43,969 bases of DNA, from assembly GCF_006345805.1 (NCBI RefSeq), contig NW_021835355.1:1-43969 (forward strand), written 5' to 3'. Each line of letters opens with the position of its first letter. The first letter of the stretch is position 1. Positions 1 through 10,869 of the stretch are shown here, one piece after another. Position numbers and translations under genes: made by a program. Under the pieces are notes generated by a model, which saw nothing but the letters and a program-made list of their open reading frames with translations, was not told the origin of the DNA and ran no database searches. This stretch comes from Octopus sinensis (lineage: Eukaryota).

Positions 1-142
1 CGCACGGCTGTTTGAGGTATATTCTTCCATTGATTAAAATAAACTTTTCAGCTTTCTTTTTAAGGCAGTAAACTTTTTGTCTCGATTGATTTTCGATATT
101 TTGTCCATTTAAAACTTTTTCTAGCAATCGATACTCATCCAT
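1..142 (-). mobile_element. N-terminus of a Ginger/GIN1-like integrase ORF running off the window edge
   Basis: ATG at 142 opens MDEYRLLEKVLNGQNIENQSRQKVYCLKKKAEKFILINGRIYLKQP, resembling the basic lead-in (LRRxAxxFxxxxGxLY) of Gypsy-like/Ginger integrases. No catalytic core is visible in the window. Confidence 0.4.
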
Positions 143-475
143 ATCTCTTACAAAAGAACCGACATAAGTAACACAGAAGAAACACGCCTTTATATACATT
201 CTGTTCAAAAAAAACGTGACCACTTGAAAATGTGTGTTTTTCCAATTTTTATTGATTGGAGGTTATTGTTTGCATTTTTGGAGGTTATTGATGGCTTCAT
301 GCTTGGTTTGAACTTTCTCACTAATGGATTCAAGCTTTTCAGGACTCCCATTCGCTTCCGAACAATATTTGGGAGACTTTGATTTTCTTTCTGATTCCGC
401 AGTGTTTTCAGTTTTTACCAAAAATAACTCGATTACCAAACATATATTTTTGTGACAATAGTCCATGCATTAAAG

Positions 476-1540
476 CAGTGGTTCTTAACCTTTATTTTTG
501 TACCACCACCTTGGAATTTTTTTCGCCCCTCCAATTTTTTTATTTCATTAGTAAAAATTTTTATTTAAAAAATAAGAGTTTTAATGAGATCCTTGTGGTT
601 GATGAAGATTGACAAGTTTTTCAAAATTTGTATTTCTTTTCGTAAGTATAATTCTAATGTCAAAATTCTTTTTAATTCTAAAAAAAAGTCTGGCTTTTTT
701 TCAATTGAATTATGATGTTTTTGCTTTAAATGTTCAATCAAACGAGACGGTTTCATTGCCTCATTCGAAAAAATTGTACCACATTGAAGACAAAGTGGTT
801 TATTAGGATCTTGAGGATCTTTAATAAATCCAAGAGAAATATATTCATCTTTATACATTCTGACTTTTTCTGAACACGACCCATAAAGACAACTAGAAAT
901 CACGCTTTATTTATTTATTAAACACCAAGACCACAGTTAAGACCGAACTAATTAGCGTGTGATCCCGACGCACTTCGACGGAGATCCTCCGGAAAGGTTC
1001 AATCCTATGCAAAGTGCATCGTCCTGCGACGACGATGTCCCAGGGGGTAGGAGAGCTATTGGTCCTTTTTCGGTGAGCATTAGGTGCCCCCTCGGCGTTT
1101 CCAAATCCAGTCGAAATCTCCAAGTGAATTTGGTGGACCACGTAACGCCTTTCTAAGGCCGGATAGGAAGGAGATCCCTTTTTGACATACTGTGTCGTGC
1201 CAGATGTACTCGCCACCTCACGGGCAAAGGAACTTCGACGAGATTAACCCCGACTCCAAAGTAGCCTCTTCTGGATTCGAACCCACGACGGCTGAATTCC
1301 AGTATCCAGGGCATACTCTTCAGCCAAGAGAAATCACGCTTAGAAATTTAAATAAAATATGATAAAAATATCATATTATTAATAAATATTATTAGACTCG
1401 ATTATGTATCTTTATTTTTTCAAAGATTATCGACTTCTAACATAAGATTTTAATTTTTCAAATATTAGCAATCAGCCATCGCCCCCCTACCAAAAAAAAT
1501 CGCCCCTAGGGGGCGAATCGCCCACCGTTGAGAACCACTG
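476..1540 (-). mobile_element. Non-autonomous hAT (Buster-type) element
   Basis: Termini cagtggttcttaacc and ttgagaaccactg. 8-bp TSD CATTAAAG/CAGTAAAG (7/8, central TA). BED-finger remnant at 565-860 (YKDEYISLGF..CLQCGTIFSNEAMKPSRLIEHLKQKH). Confidence 0.85.
908..1328 (-). mobile_element. tRNA-derived SINE (about 420 bp), head resembling tRNA-Gln(CTG)
   Basis: Perfect 13-bp TSD AGAAATCACGCTT (895-907 and 1329-1341). Minus-strand head has A-box-like TGGCTGAAGAG, arm CTGGA-TACTGGAA-TTCAG and B box GTTCGAATCC. 3' tail is (TAAA)n. Confidence 0.85.
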
Positions 1541-2457
1541 CAGTAAAGTGTGGATTTATCAGCATAGCAAAAGAAGTCCCCAGTTTTGAGTTCTTTATTA
1601 CAACACCGACACTTGAGGCATTCAACAGATATCTTTCACCGCGAAAATATCGAACATTATTTCTTTTATTTGCTGAAAATAACTCAAATTTTGTTTCATC
1701 GGAGAAAATAATTTTGCCTAGATCTTCAGACGAGATCCCTAAATAATTTTCAGCAAATAATTTTCTCTTTAACACGTTAACTGGTCGTAATAACGGTTTT
1801 TTACATGGTTTTCGATTTTTAGCCCAAAAGAATATAAAGCATTCCTTATTGTTGATCGAGAAAGTCGTAAATTGTGCTCAGATTCAATGTAATTTGCAAT
1901 TTCTTGTAAAGTGAAAAAATGATTTTGATCATATTTCGTCAATATTGCGTTTTTAATCGCCAGAGTAAGTTTTTCTGGACGACCAGAACCGACGGCACGT
2001 TTAAAAGGCATTCCGTTTTTCATTTTCGCGCTGACTTGCTGCACGAAAGATTTTGAAACATGGAATTCTTTGACGATTGTTCTTTGTGAGCCTCCTCGCC
2101 TTAAGTGTTGCGCAATTAAATATTTTTTGATCAGGAAACTTTGAGATGACATTGTGCTGTATTTTGAAATTAATTTATTAAAGAAATTAAAATAAATAAA
2201 TGTCGCGCTCCATGCAGGTTACACCAATTTTAAGCGTTACACTTTGGCCTTGACTTTTTTTGGATATTGACAACTAAAATCAATTAACCACAATTAATAA
2301 ACTATCATTCATAACTTTTCTTGTTAAAAGATACAATACTTTTTACAAATGATGAGACTCATGAACAAGTTATAGCTCAGGACGACATTCAAACTATGAA
2401 GGTAGAATGCAGAAAACAGCACTTGACCACTCATAATGGAATCAATAAACTGAAAGA

Positions 2458-3062
2458 ATTGGAGTTAGGGTTTGTTTGGATTAGGATCAAGATATGGGTT
2501 AGGTTAGGGTTGGAGTTAGGGTTTGGTTGGATTAATATCAAGATAGGGGTTAGGGTTGGAGTTAGGGTTTGTTTGGATTAGGATCAAGATAGGGGTTAGG
2601 GTTGGAGTTAGGGTTTGTTTAGATTAGGATCAAGATATGGGTTAGGGTTGGAGTTAGGGTTTGTTTAGATTAGGATCAAGATATGGGTTAGGGTTGGAGT
2701 TAGGGTTTGTTTGGATTAATATCAAGATAGGGGTTAGGGTTGGAGTTAGGGTTTGTTTGGATTAATATCAAGATAGGGGTTAGGGTTGGAGTTAGGGTTT
2801 GTTTGGATTAGGATTAAGATATGGGTTAGGTTAGGGTTGGAGTTAGGGTTTGTTTGGATTAGGATTAAGATATGGGTTAGGTTAGGGTTGGAGTTAGGGT
2901 TTGTTTGGATTAGGATTAAGATATGGGTTAGGTTAGGGTTGGAGTTAGGGTTTGTTTGGATTAGTATCAAGATAGGGGTTAGGGTTGAAGGTAGGGTTTG
3001 GTTGAATTAGTATCAAGATAGGGGTTAGGTTAGGGTTTGGATTAGTAAATGGTTAGGGTTAG
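2458..3062 (+). repeat. Telomere-like minisatellite, about 12.5 units of 46 or 51 bp built from degenerate TTAGGG/TTAGG
   Basis: Unit ggagttagggtttgtttggattaggatcaagataggggttagggtt starts at 2461, 2512, 2558, 2604, 2650, 2696, 2742, 2788, 2839, 2890, 2941 and 2987. The 51-bp variant carries an extra aggtt. Confidence 0.95.
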
Positions 3063-3099
3063 GATGTGTTCGGGTTGTGATTTTGTTGGATTAGACTCT

Positions 3100-3182
3100 A
3101 ATGATTTTGTGGGCGCAGAATTTTGAAGCTTCAAAATTGTGTCAAAACGGGGCGCTGACTTAAAAAAGGTAAAGAACCACTG
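3100..3182. mobile_element. Orphan right end of a hAT (Buster-type) element
   Basis: Ends ggggcgctgacttaaaaaaggtaaagaaccactg (TIR cagtggttctttacc). Contains a perfect 20-bp palindrome aattttgaagcttcaaaatt at 3119-3138. No matching left end found. Confidence 0.65.
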
Positions 3183-3551
3183 GATAGTAGCAGTTTTAAA
3201 AAATAATTTCTAAAAAAATTTTCTATTTTTATATTTATTTTTTTTAATAAGTTTATATAAAATAATAAACTATATTTTCATTTTTGAACAATGTGTCTTT
3301 TATTGCTATGTGGTGTTTTATTCTGCATCACTTACTTAAAAATGATATTTAAAATTGAGATTTCGATTTGTATGAAACGTCACTTGTCAAAGTCAACTGT
3401 CATGTCTCAAGGTCAAAATGTAACGCTTAAAATGGTGTAAACCTGCATTGGAGCCACAATAAATATTCTATTAAAGAAAAATCAAGTAATTAAAAAAGTG
3501 TAACAAAAATAAGTAGTCACGTTTTTTTTTGAACAAAGATTTTTTTAAATA

Positions 3552-4452
3552 CAGTAAAGTCTCTCGAATCCGCCGACTCTCGAATCCCCAACCCTCGAAT
3601 CCGCCAATTATAATTAATAAATTCTCTTATCCGCCATTTTTCCTAGAAAAATTCTCGAATCCGCCAAATTCTCGAATCCGCCATATTTTTTATAATGAAT
3701 CCGCCAGTGTCCTAATTTTAAATAATGTTTTTATTAAATTTACTAATATATAATCAATTTATTAACACGTTACATCTGTCTTTGTTGTTGTATTAATGAA
3801 AACGTAACCTGTACAAGACTAAAAAACAATCAAAAAATTGAGATTTTGAATTTTATTCAAACAAATAATGATTATCTTCACTAAAAATTCTGAGATTTTT
3901 TCAAAAAAATACAACTTGCCTGTTTCTCGCCGATCTATTGATGATCTGAAAAGTAAAAAGGATCTAACATTATGTTTCATAACCTAAGATCTGACATTCC
4001 CGCAAACAATATTTAAGTTTGCTGAAATCGATGATAATACATTGCTTGGGTCAATTCAATGGATCTTAAAGGATCCGTTAGAAGAAAGAAATGTGTTTAT
4101 ATGAGATTGAATATAATGAAAGTGAAGAACTTGAATTAAATAATTCAGAAAAAATAGAACAAGAAATTAGCGAAGAACCGTGTGAACAAAGTCAGAAAGT
4201 TGTTACCATTAACGAGGCTTTTAACGCTTTAAACAAATTAAATATAGAAAATCTTGAGATATTTGAAAACATTGGATCTTCAATGATCCAAACTCTAAGA
4301 AGAAACAAGTCGAAACTTACTGATTTTGTTGTTTTAATTAATTATTTTGGCTTAATAATTTAAATATTAATGCATTAAAAAAATCGAGAATAGTCTTCGA
4401 ATCCGCCAGATTTTGCCGATCCCCGAAATGGCGGATTCGAGAGACTTGAATG
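3552..4452 (+). mobile_element. pogo/Tigger-family internal deletion derivative
   Basis: TIRs cagtaaagtctctcgaatccgcc and ggcggattcgagagacttgaatg with TA flanks. Repeated tcgaatccgcc subterminal motifs. Decayed HTH (TRLKNNQKIEILNF) and acidic tail ending KSKLTDF (PIP-box-like). Confidence 0.8.
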
Positions 4453-5559
4453 TACTTGGTTAGCTTGGGAATATAGCCGATCATGAAAAATAATAAATCA
4501 TGTAGATTTAAACGATTTTAAATTAGTATTCTTTGAAAATTTTTAAAAATAAGATACAAAAATTAAGAAAAACACATATTTTTCAAGTGGTCACGTTTTT
4601 TTTGACAGACTGTATGCAATAATAACTACTTAATTATTTAATTGAGAACTGTAACTCCACAAAGAAAGATGGATGGGACTTCAAAGATCTCCTTCCTTTT
4701 ATATTACTCCTCTTAAGCTCTTTATACCTTCTATAATATATAGTTGGTCGTCTCTTGCAGACTGAATTCCAGAAAATGACTAAAAAACAAGATACTCTGA
4801 AACTCGTCTTAAAAACAGCTGGCTGGATATAAACCTGTAAAGATTTATCAAAAATACAACTGCATTAAGTAACCCCGGTGATATTTGATGAGGAGTCACA
4901 ACATGTAATCACACATGGGAGAGCAGGACATTAGACTGGGAAATCAGCCTTAGCTTGTTTAAGAAAACGTTATACTTATTCTCTTACACTATCTCCAAAT
5001 GATCTATGCATATGATAGCCACTTCCATAAAAATAATCATTCCGGTGGCATCAACATAGACTACAATGTATGTTGACAACAATAGAGGTGCTGAGGTATG
5101 ACAGTAAAAAAACTAATATTGTAGCATTTTCTCAATTAAAAACATTAATCCGTCTGGAAAAATCGTTTTTCAATATATCTCTCAGATATCCAGATATTTT
5201 TTTCAACTACTGTTTTTGAATTGATAATGTCAAAATGATTTACATTTGCGCTCTAAAATATCTAAAGATTCAATTAAATTTTCTAATAGTGTTCATTGAT
5301 GTCAACTTTGATATAAATTTTAATCAGATTGGAATATTATAGATCAACTGTTTTGTTTTTAGATTAAAATAGATTTATATCCGTTCTAATCAAAGCACTA
5401 AAATAAAAAAATCAATTTTTAAAATCACTTAGCTTTATTTTTATGAATTTGGATTATTTTGACGTTATTCGTTTTTTTAATTTCTTACAAGATTTAAATA
5501 TTTTTTTCTGGGATACCATACTCACCCAGATAAAATATTATCTATACTAACATAACTTT

Positions 5560-5950
5560 CTGTCCAGTTTGTCATGTCTGGCCAGCGTTTGTAGTAAAAG
5601 ATCATGATGAATATAATTTCCTGAGATTTATTTTCAACAACGAGGGGGGTTGATCTTCCCAAACATAAGAAGTATTGACTAAAAAGAAAGGAAAAATTCT
5701 TATGTGACAAAAATATGTGAAGAGTTTTGTGTTTGAGAAGTACATGGGAAACCAAACATTGTTGAACGATTTTATCAGATGATCACAAGGAGCCTTTCAA
5801 GAATTATGAGTTCGAATGACAACAAAGAGTGGATAAAACACATAAGAAAGGTTCTGTTTTTGTACAATCAAACACCCCACTTATCTATAGGTGAATTATT
5901 TGTTTTAACTTGAATTTTTTTGCAGGCGTTTGCCTCTTCAGGAAATACTG
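5560..5950 (+). mobile_element. Decayed Ginger-like DDE integrase core
   Basis: Broken frames give FLRFIFNNEG ... NSYVTKICEEFCV*EVHGKPNIVERFYQMITRSLSRIMSSNDNKEWIKHIRKVLFLYNQTPHLSIG, matching the rve integrase ERF...YN..H..IG pattern. No LTR or RT nearby. Confidence 0.65.
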
Positions 5951-6242
5951 ATGTATTTATTTTTATTTATTTATTAACCCCCAAGCTTGCATAGCAAACA
6001 CAGCACAAACAGTCATAGCTAACTAATCGAATGAAGAAGCCAAGGAAGAAAGAACTGTCTGTGCCGATCAGCATTAGCCTCCAAATCTCCAATACAGCTT
6101 TCCGGATCCAAAGAGAAGTGGAGAATATCTGGTGCGCGCCAGTTCCCATTTGTCAGCCTCCTACCGTTGTCAGCCTCCTAATCTCTAATTAAAAAAAAAT
6201 TTATTAAAATAATATTAGAACAAATAGACTCAAGAAAAAAAA

Positions 6243-6630
6243 TTAACGATTTTCTCTCATTTGACGGAAAAATTCAGCAAAGACTGGGTCTTCAGATCTA
6301 ACAAATGAATCGCCTATAATTAACAATAATGGCAAATCTTCTGCAGGTGCATTTATAGGACAGTATGTATCAACTCTATAAAAATAAAATAACAATGACA
6401 AACAATAATCTCACAAGATCAATATATTTCCTGACGATCTAATAATTATAAAATCACTTTTTTACAAAAATACCCTGAATTGATAAAATCAAAACTATCT
6501 ATTATTGGATTCTAAAAATAACAATAATTTGTTTTACTTCAAAATTCGTATTGTTTCCATTTGAATTGTTTTGATTTGTAAATGACTAAATAGAATATAT
6601 TGAAAAATAGAAAAACCAAAGGAGGCTTCA
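6243..6630 (-). CDS. Possible mini-intron gene of unknown function (3' exons only; may extend to about 7420)
   Basis: Open exon-like blocks separated by 19-28 nt GT-AG segments, ending VDTYCPINAPAEDLPLLLIIGDSFVRSEDPVFAEFFRQMRENR*. No consistent start exon could be built and no family was recognised. Confidence 0.3.
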
Positions 6631-7557
6631 CCATTTTATAAAATTGCCGGCATTTTAAATAAAATAATTGATAATTTTCAAAAATAACGCACTTAAATAA
6701 TCAGTAATAATTAAAATTGGTCTACTTAGTTTAATTTAAAATATTTTTATTGAGTTTATTTAATTATTACTAGTTATCGTTTAATAAAAAATATTTTTAT
6801 AAGTATTAAAAGAAAATTAAACCTTTTAGGTCATTAGACAGTTCGCTCTCATGCCTGTCAAGATGCGGTTGAATAGACAAGCATTGATTAGCAATTCGAA
6901 TAGGTATTGATTTTTAAATATATTCTTGTTCACATTAAGAATTAAGACCAGACATCTATTTTATATTATTTAACGGAAAATTGAAATCGATAAATACATA
7001 AATACAACCTGTTCGCTAGTAAATTCTCATTTTTAAAATGAATATATTACGTTTGGTGCTAACTGGGGATGGTATTGAGAGCAATTTTTACAAGCACCAT
7101 TAGAATACAGTCAAAATAGACGATTGGGCCTATATTTGGAGTACTGTAATAATGAAAACCCTGGAAAGTATGCGATTTGAATGCAGGAATGGGTGGATTG
7201 ACAATAAGAACTGTCAAAAAATAGGTCAACGATTTAACGATTGACACTACAAAAAAAATAATGTAAAATTAACAAGTGGGAAAAAAGACTTTAAGGTCCG
7301 AGTGATAGTTAGTGCCCGGTCTTTTGATAGAGAAAAGACTGTGAGTAGGGTAGAAAGTAACTCAAAAAGAAGACTTGAAAATTTATCAGATTCTTCTGAA
7401 TATTTAATAACGACTTAGCCAACTTTTATTAATTATTTGAAATTAATCGTCATTTTAATTCTTATAAATTTAAAAAGAATCTGTGACTGAACTATTGTAT
7501 TAGCCTTATTTTCATCATTTTGAAAATATTAATGATACGAGATGTTTAAAGAAACTT

Positions 7558-7990
7558 AACATACTCAGAGGTTTTCTTCAGAAATGCAGGAAGTGGACGA
7601 GCCTCCCCACTTGCCAAACCGTCTATAAGCAATGCATAAAACCAACAATTAGTTACGCCTGCGCAGCGTGGGGAAATACGATCACCTATACCAATCGGGA
7701 AAAAATTTCGAAAACTCAATCAAGAATTTGCAAAAATCTGGAAGAACCAAACGAACAACTAAATGTTGGCACTTTTGAGGAAATCTTGCAAAGAAACGGG
7801 GAGATGACACATACCAATGATACACCCGCCGCGCCCATATAGAAAATGTTTGGGAAAAGGGGAAGAACGTCAGTGAAAAATGAGGACCCTCCTTAGAGAA
7901 TCACCTGATTACACCAGTGAACAAATTGACAGACAATTTCCCTGGAGGATTGCAAAAGAAATCCTTGTGAATTCAAAATGATTATTTTTG
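7558..7990 (+). mobile_element. Non-LTR retrotransposon RT thumb fragment (I/Jockey/CR1 group)
   Basis: Open stretch VYKQCIKPTISYACAAWGNT...KISKTQSRICK matches the YKxxIRPxxxYA..WG motif downstream of the RT core. Confidence 0.7.
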
Positions 7991-8009
7991 AAATGAAACA
8001 TTTTAATTG

Positions 8010-8110
8010 GAAAACATTAAGCGTGAAAAGTATACTGATGTCGGGAATGGAAGAGTGTTCGTCCCCCTGACAGTCGAGACGTCTGTAATACAGGGTTATG
8101 TAAAGGGTTA
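8010..8110 (+). mobile_element. CRE-like non-LTR restriction-like endonuclease fragment
   Basis: KREKYTDVGNGRVFVPLTVETS matches the K..KY......FVP.AVET motif of the CRE-clade C-terminal endonuclease. Confidence 0.5.
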
Positions 8111-8499
8111 CAGGAAACCAATATTAAATAAGTTCACGTTGAGTTCTGTAAATTGTTCTTTTAAATTTCAGATTAGACAACTATCATGAGAATTAATTTA
8201 CGTCGGGAATTACTCATATAAATAAAATTATTGCATTATTCGGACAAGTTAAAATTATACAATGACAAAGGGAAAAAGAAAAACAACTTTCGAAAAACAA
8301 AATTCCGAGTCCTATAGCATTTGGAAAGGAGATGAGAGAAAACTCCAGAATGGTTAAAAAATTCAGGCCTGCAGCTTGATCCACAAATGAAATTACAATG
8401 GCAGTTTTGCAAAAGCTGCTAAAAAAATAAATCGTTCTTGATTGTTTGCTTTTTCTGGTTTTCTTGTCTTTTCTTATGAATTAAACTTGGAATCATCCT

Positions 8500-9660
8500 T
8501 TGCGTATCCTGCTCAGAGCCACGATACCCAACAACTTTCTGCGGACAATTTCTTCGCAACATCTGTGTTATCCGAAGCATAAACAATTTCGGTAATACAG
8601 CCGTCGTCGAAAGTCGTCAAATCTCTCAAGGTGACTTCCACGTAAATGAGAAGTACAGAAAAAGTCTCTTTGTGAGCTGCTGACATTCGTTTTGAACCGC
8701 CTTGAGAGAGATGATAAAACATGAACGAATAATTGTCTTAGCAAGCAGTGCCCCTATCATTCTGACTTAGTTATCAGCCAGGAAACTTTGTGGGACTCCG
8801 ATAAGTAGGTTAAGGCGCACATAGTCAAAAGCTTTTGACATGTCGATACCGAGGTGGATCTGTTGAATCACATCGCCATTTTTGACTCTAGACAATATCC
8901 GCAGTGGATCTTCCTACACTGAATCCGCTCTGACTGGACGCCAGATATTCATTAACACTCACGTTTATGTGACGCAGTACAACTAGCGATAGGAGTTTCC
9001 TCGGAGTGTTAGAAGCATGACAGGACGTAGATATTCCACCGAGGCGGAGATTTTGTTGGCTTTTTGTATAGGAATAAGTGTGCCTGCCTCTAGTAGGAGT
9101 GGGTCCTGGGTAGTGAACATATCATTGAATATGGTCACAATTTTGTCCATAAGTGACTTTGGACCATGCTTAATCAGCTCTGTATTGACGTGGCCTGGTC
9201 CAGCGGCCCGACAGTTTTTAAGTTTGCTAGTAGCTCAAAGACCTCCTCCACTGTGATGGGCCTGTCGGTGTGTGCGTCTGTGTTAATAAAAAGGAGAATG
9301 TCGTCCGTGTGGTTAATTTGAATTGATTTTCAAAATGATCTGATATTAGTTCGGCTTGAACAGTGAGGTCGTGAATAATTTTTCCTGTGTCATTGATGAG
9401 TTCGCTGTGTTTTTTACTTTTAAGTAGTCGTATGGTATAAAAACAGGGTTGGCAGGACTTTTGTCTTCACGGACCAAAATTTTATTTTTGTATGCGATCC
9501 GATCCAAATGAGAAAATCCTTATCGGTCGCAAAAATAACGATATACGAGAATCCTCTTGGCTAAGACAGAGGATCTCGTTTCGTTTGCAATCGTGAACGG
9601 TAAAGCACAAAGTATCTGTTTTGCTTGGAACGAATTGTTCCAAGGCAACGTTTGCAGATT
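8500..9660 (-). mobile_element. Decayed RTE-clade LINE related to the 10870-13876 element
   Basis: Frameshifted matches: GPGHVNTELIK, GTLIPIQKANK, SGFSVGRSTAD, LGIDMSKAFD, LLIYVEVTLRDL..EIVYA. Confidence 0.85.
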
Positions 9661-9689
9661 TATTAGTTAGAAATGACTACAAAGAAGTG

Positions 9690-10498
9690 AATTTATTTTA
9701 GTCATTAATCTGACTAGTTGCTAAACGCAATATATCGTTAAGATGTGAATCGGTCATCCTCATTCTCAGACAATTTTTTACATTATTCACTTTGGAGAAT
9801 AACTGTTCACATAAAAATGTGCTTCCAAATATACAAGTCATTTTCTTAGCATTGTCGGTTAATTGTGGATATTTTTTGACACATACAAAATTTTTGTAGA
9901 AGCTCAAAATATCTAATTCAGAAAAATATTTTGATTTAAGCCTTTTGAGCATTGATCCTCTACTAAGTCATCTGACATTACAAAAATATAAAAGATCCTC
10001 ATATTCTGCTTTGCGTCTATTAAAAACTACCTGAACTGCCGATGATTCAAGCCACAAGATAAAATAAAATTTACTGCGTTAACAACAGCATCCATTGTCT
10101 CGCGTAATTTGACTGATTTGGCAACTAACGCCTCTTGACTTAATTTCCTTTAAGCGAGATTCCCTTGAATTTTTCGTAATCACGAGCTTCATAATGTCGC
10201 TTGATGTTATATAGGTTTTCTATTATCCTCAATAAAGAAATATTCATGAGTCCAATCTGGATTAAGCGTACGGGTTTAAAGATCTTTAATTCTTTTCGGA
10301 CAATTCGGCATTCAAATTCACCACACAAACTTATTAACACGTTTAGAAATTTATTTAATTTTTAATAATAGATAAAATTTATATATAAATACTTTACTAA
10401 ATTTGCCCGCGGGCCATGTTAGTTAAAAAAATTTGTTGGCGGGCCAATTGCCTTTAGTATTATAAAATTTGTCGCGGGTTGCGTTTTGCCGACCCCTG
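9690..10498 (-). mobile_element. hAT (SPIN/GTF2IRD2-like) remnant
   Basis: TIR caggggtcggcaaa ends at 10498, flanked by GTCTAAAA. Remnants of the zinc finger (YNIKRHYE), core (LNHRQF) and dimerisation domain (FGSTFLCEQLFS..RMTDSHL). The other end is missing. Confidence 0.8.
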
Positions 10499-10869
10499 GT
10501 CTAAAACCTTTGTGCTTTGCTCTTGAATATTTTGATTTCCCTTACAATAGACTCTAGGATGTCCAGACCGTTCTGGCACGTTCAAAGCAGTTTTGTTGCA
10601 ACGGTTGTTAGCATCCGAAGGTCTTTATCTACTCTCTACTAACATCCTCTATTTAAAATAAATATTTTTCTTCTTCTGAAATTAGTTTGCTATTAATCCC
10701 ATATTGTTTCATATTAATTCCACTTTTATTCTCAAGTCCCACTTCCCATATTGTTCTATAGTAGAGACTTTATGTAAATTTCGTTAATAATTTTTATTCT
10801 CAAGTTTAGGAATAGACGATTAAGATTCGGATGTAATAAAAATTTGTGTAAATTGCATCCCAGGCACTT

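Larger units (their letters stand above)
2201..3458. mobile_element. Unclassified TIR element (possibly MULE-like) carrying the telomere-like array
   Basis: About 50-70 bp imperfect inverted repeats: gctccatgcaggttacaccaattttaagcgttacactttggccttga versus the reverse complement at 3405-3455. Candidate 9-bp TSD ATAAATAAA/ATAAATATT (7/9). Superfamily is inferred only. Confidence 0.55.
197..4612 (-). mobile_element. Tc1 element, decayed, host to several nested insertions
   Basis: About 55-bp imperfect TIRs (cattctgttcaaaaaaaacgtgaccacttgaaaa at 197; reverse complement ending at 4612), each flanked by TA. An extra copy of the TIR motif lies at about 3510-3538. Frameshifted transposase at 2152-1541 has HTH, GSGRPEKLT and FSDETKF; a possible C-terminal remnant lies at 263-470. 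Confidence 0.8.

Noticed and set aside
911-1216. ORFs 911-1216 and 959-1156
   Set aside because: They lie within the GC-rich SINE body and show no protein motifs.
908-1260. HDV-like or hammerhead ribozyme in the SINE body (also considered for 15785-15928)
   Set aside because: No CTGANGA/GAAA core and no complete nested double pseudoknot could be built by eye. An Infernal or RNArobo search would settle it.
2458-3062. CRISPR-like array, or real ORFs (2321-2581, 2746-2970, 2786-3010)
   Set aside because: Units are contiguous with no unique spacers, there are no cas genes and the context is eukaryotic. The ORFs are translations of the repeat.
4630-5120. Decayed RTE or membrane-protein pseudogene
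   Set aside because: Only a weak trace (DEESQH..KSALACLRKR), with stops in all frames. Not enough to assign.
6150-6181. Repeated tgtcagcctccta as a terminus matching taggaggctga at about 38514
   Set aside because: The 38514 copy is coding sequence of the last FTSJ1 exon (IQPPI), so the match is coincidental.
7038-7260. Rho-GTPase-like start (MNILRLVLTGDG) and DNA methyltransferase motif I look-alike (KVCDLNAGMGGL)
   Set aside because: No following GKT or other family motifs, and both are hemmed in by stops. Treated as chance.
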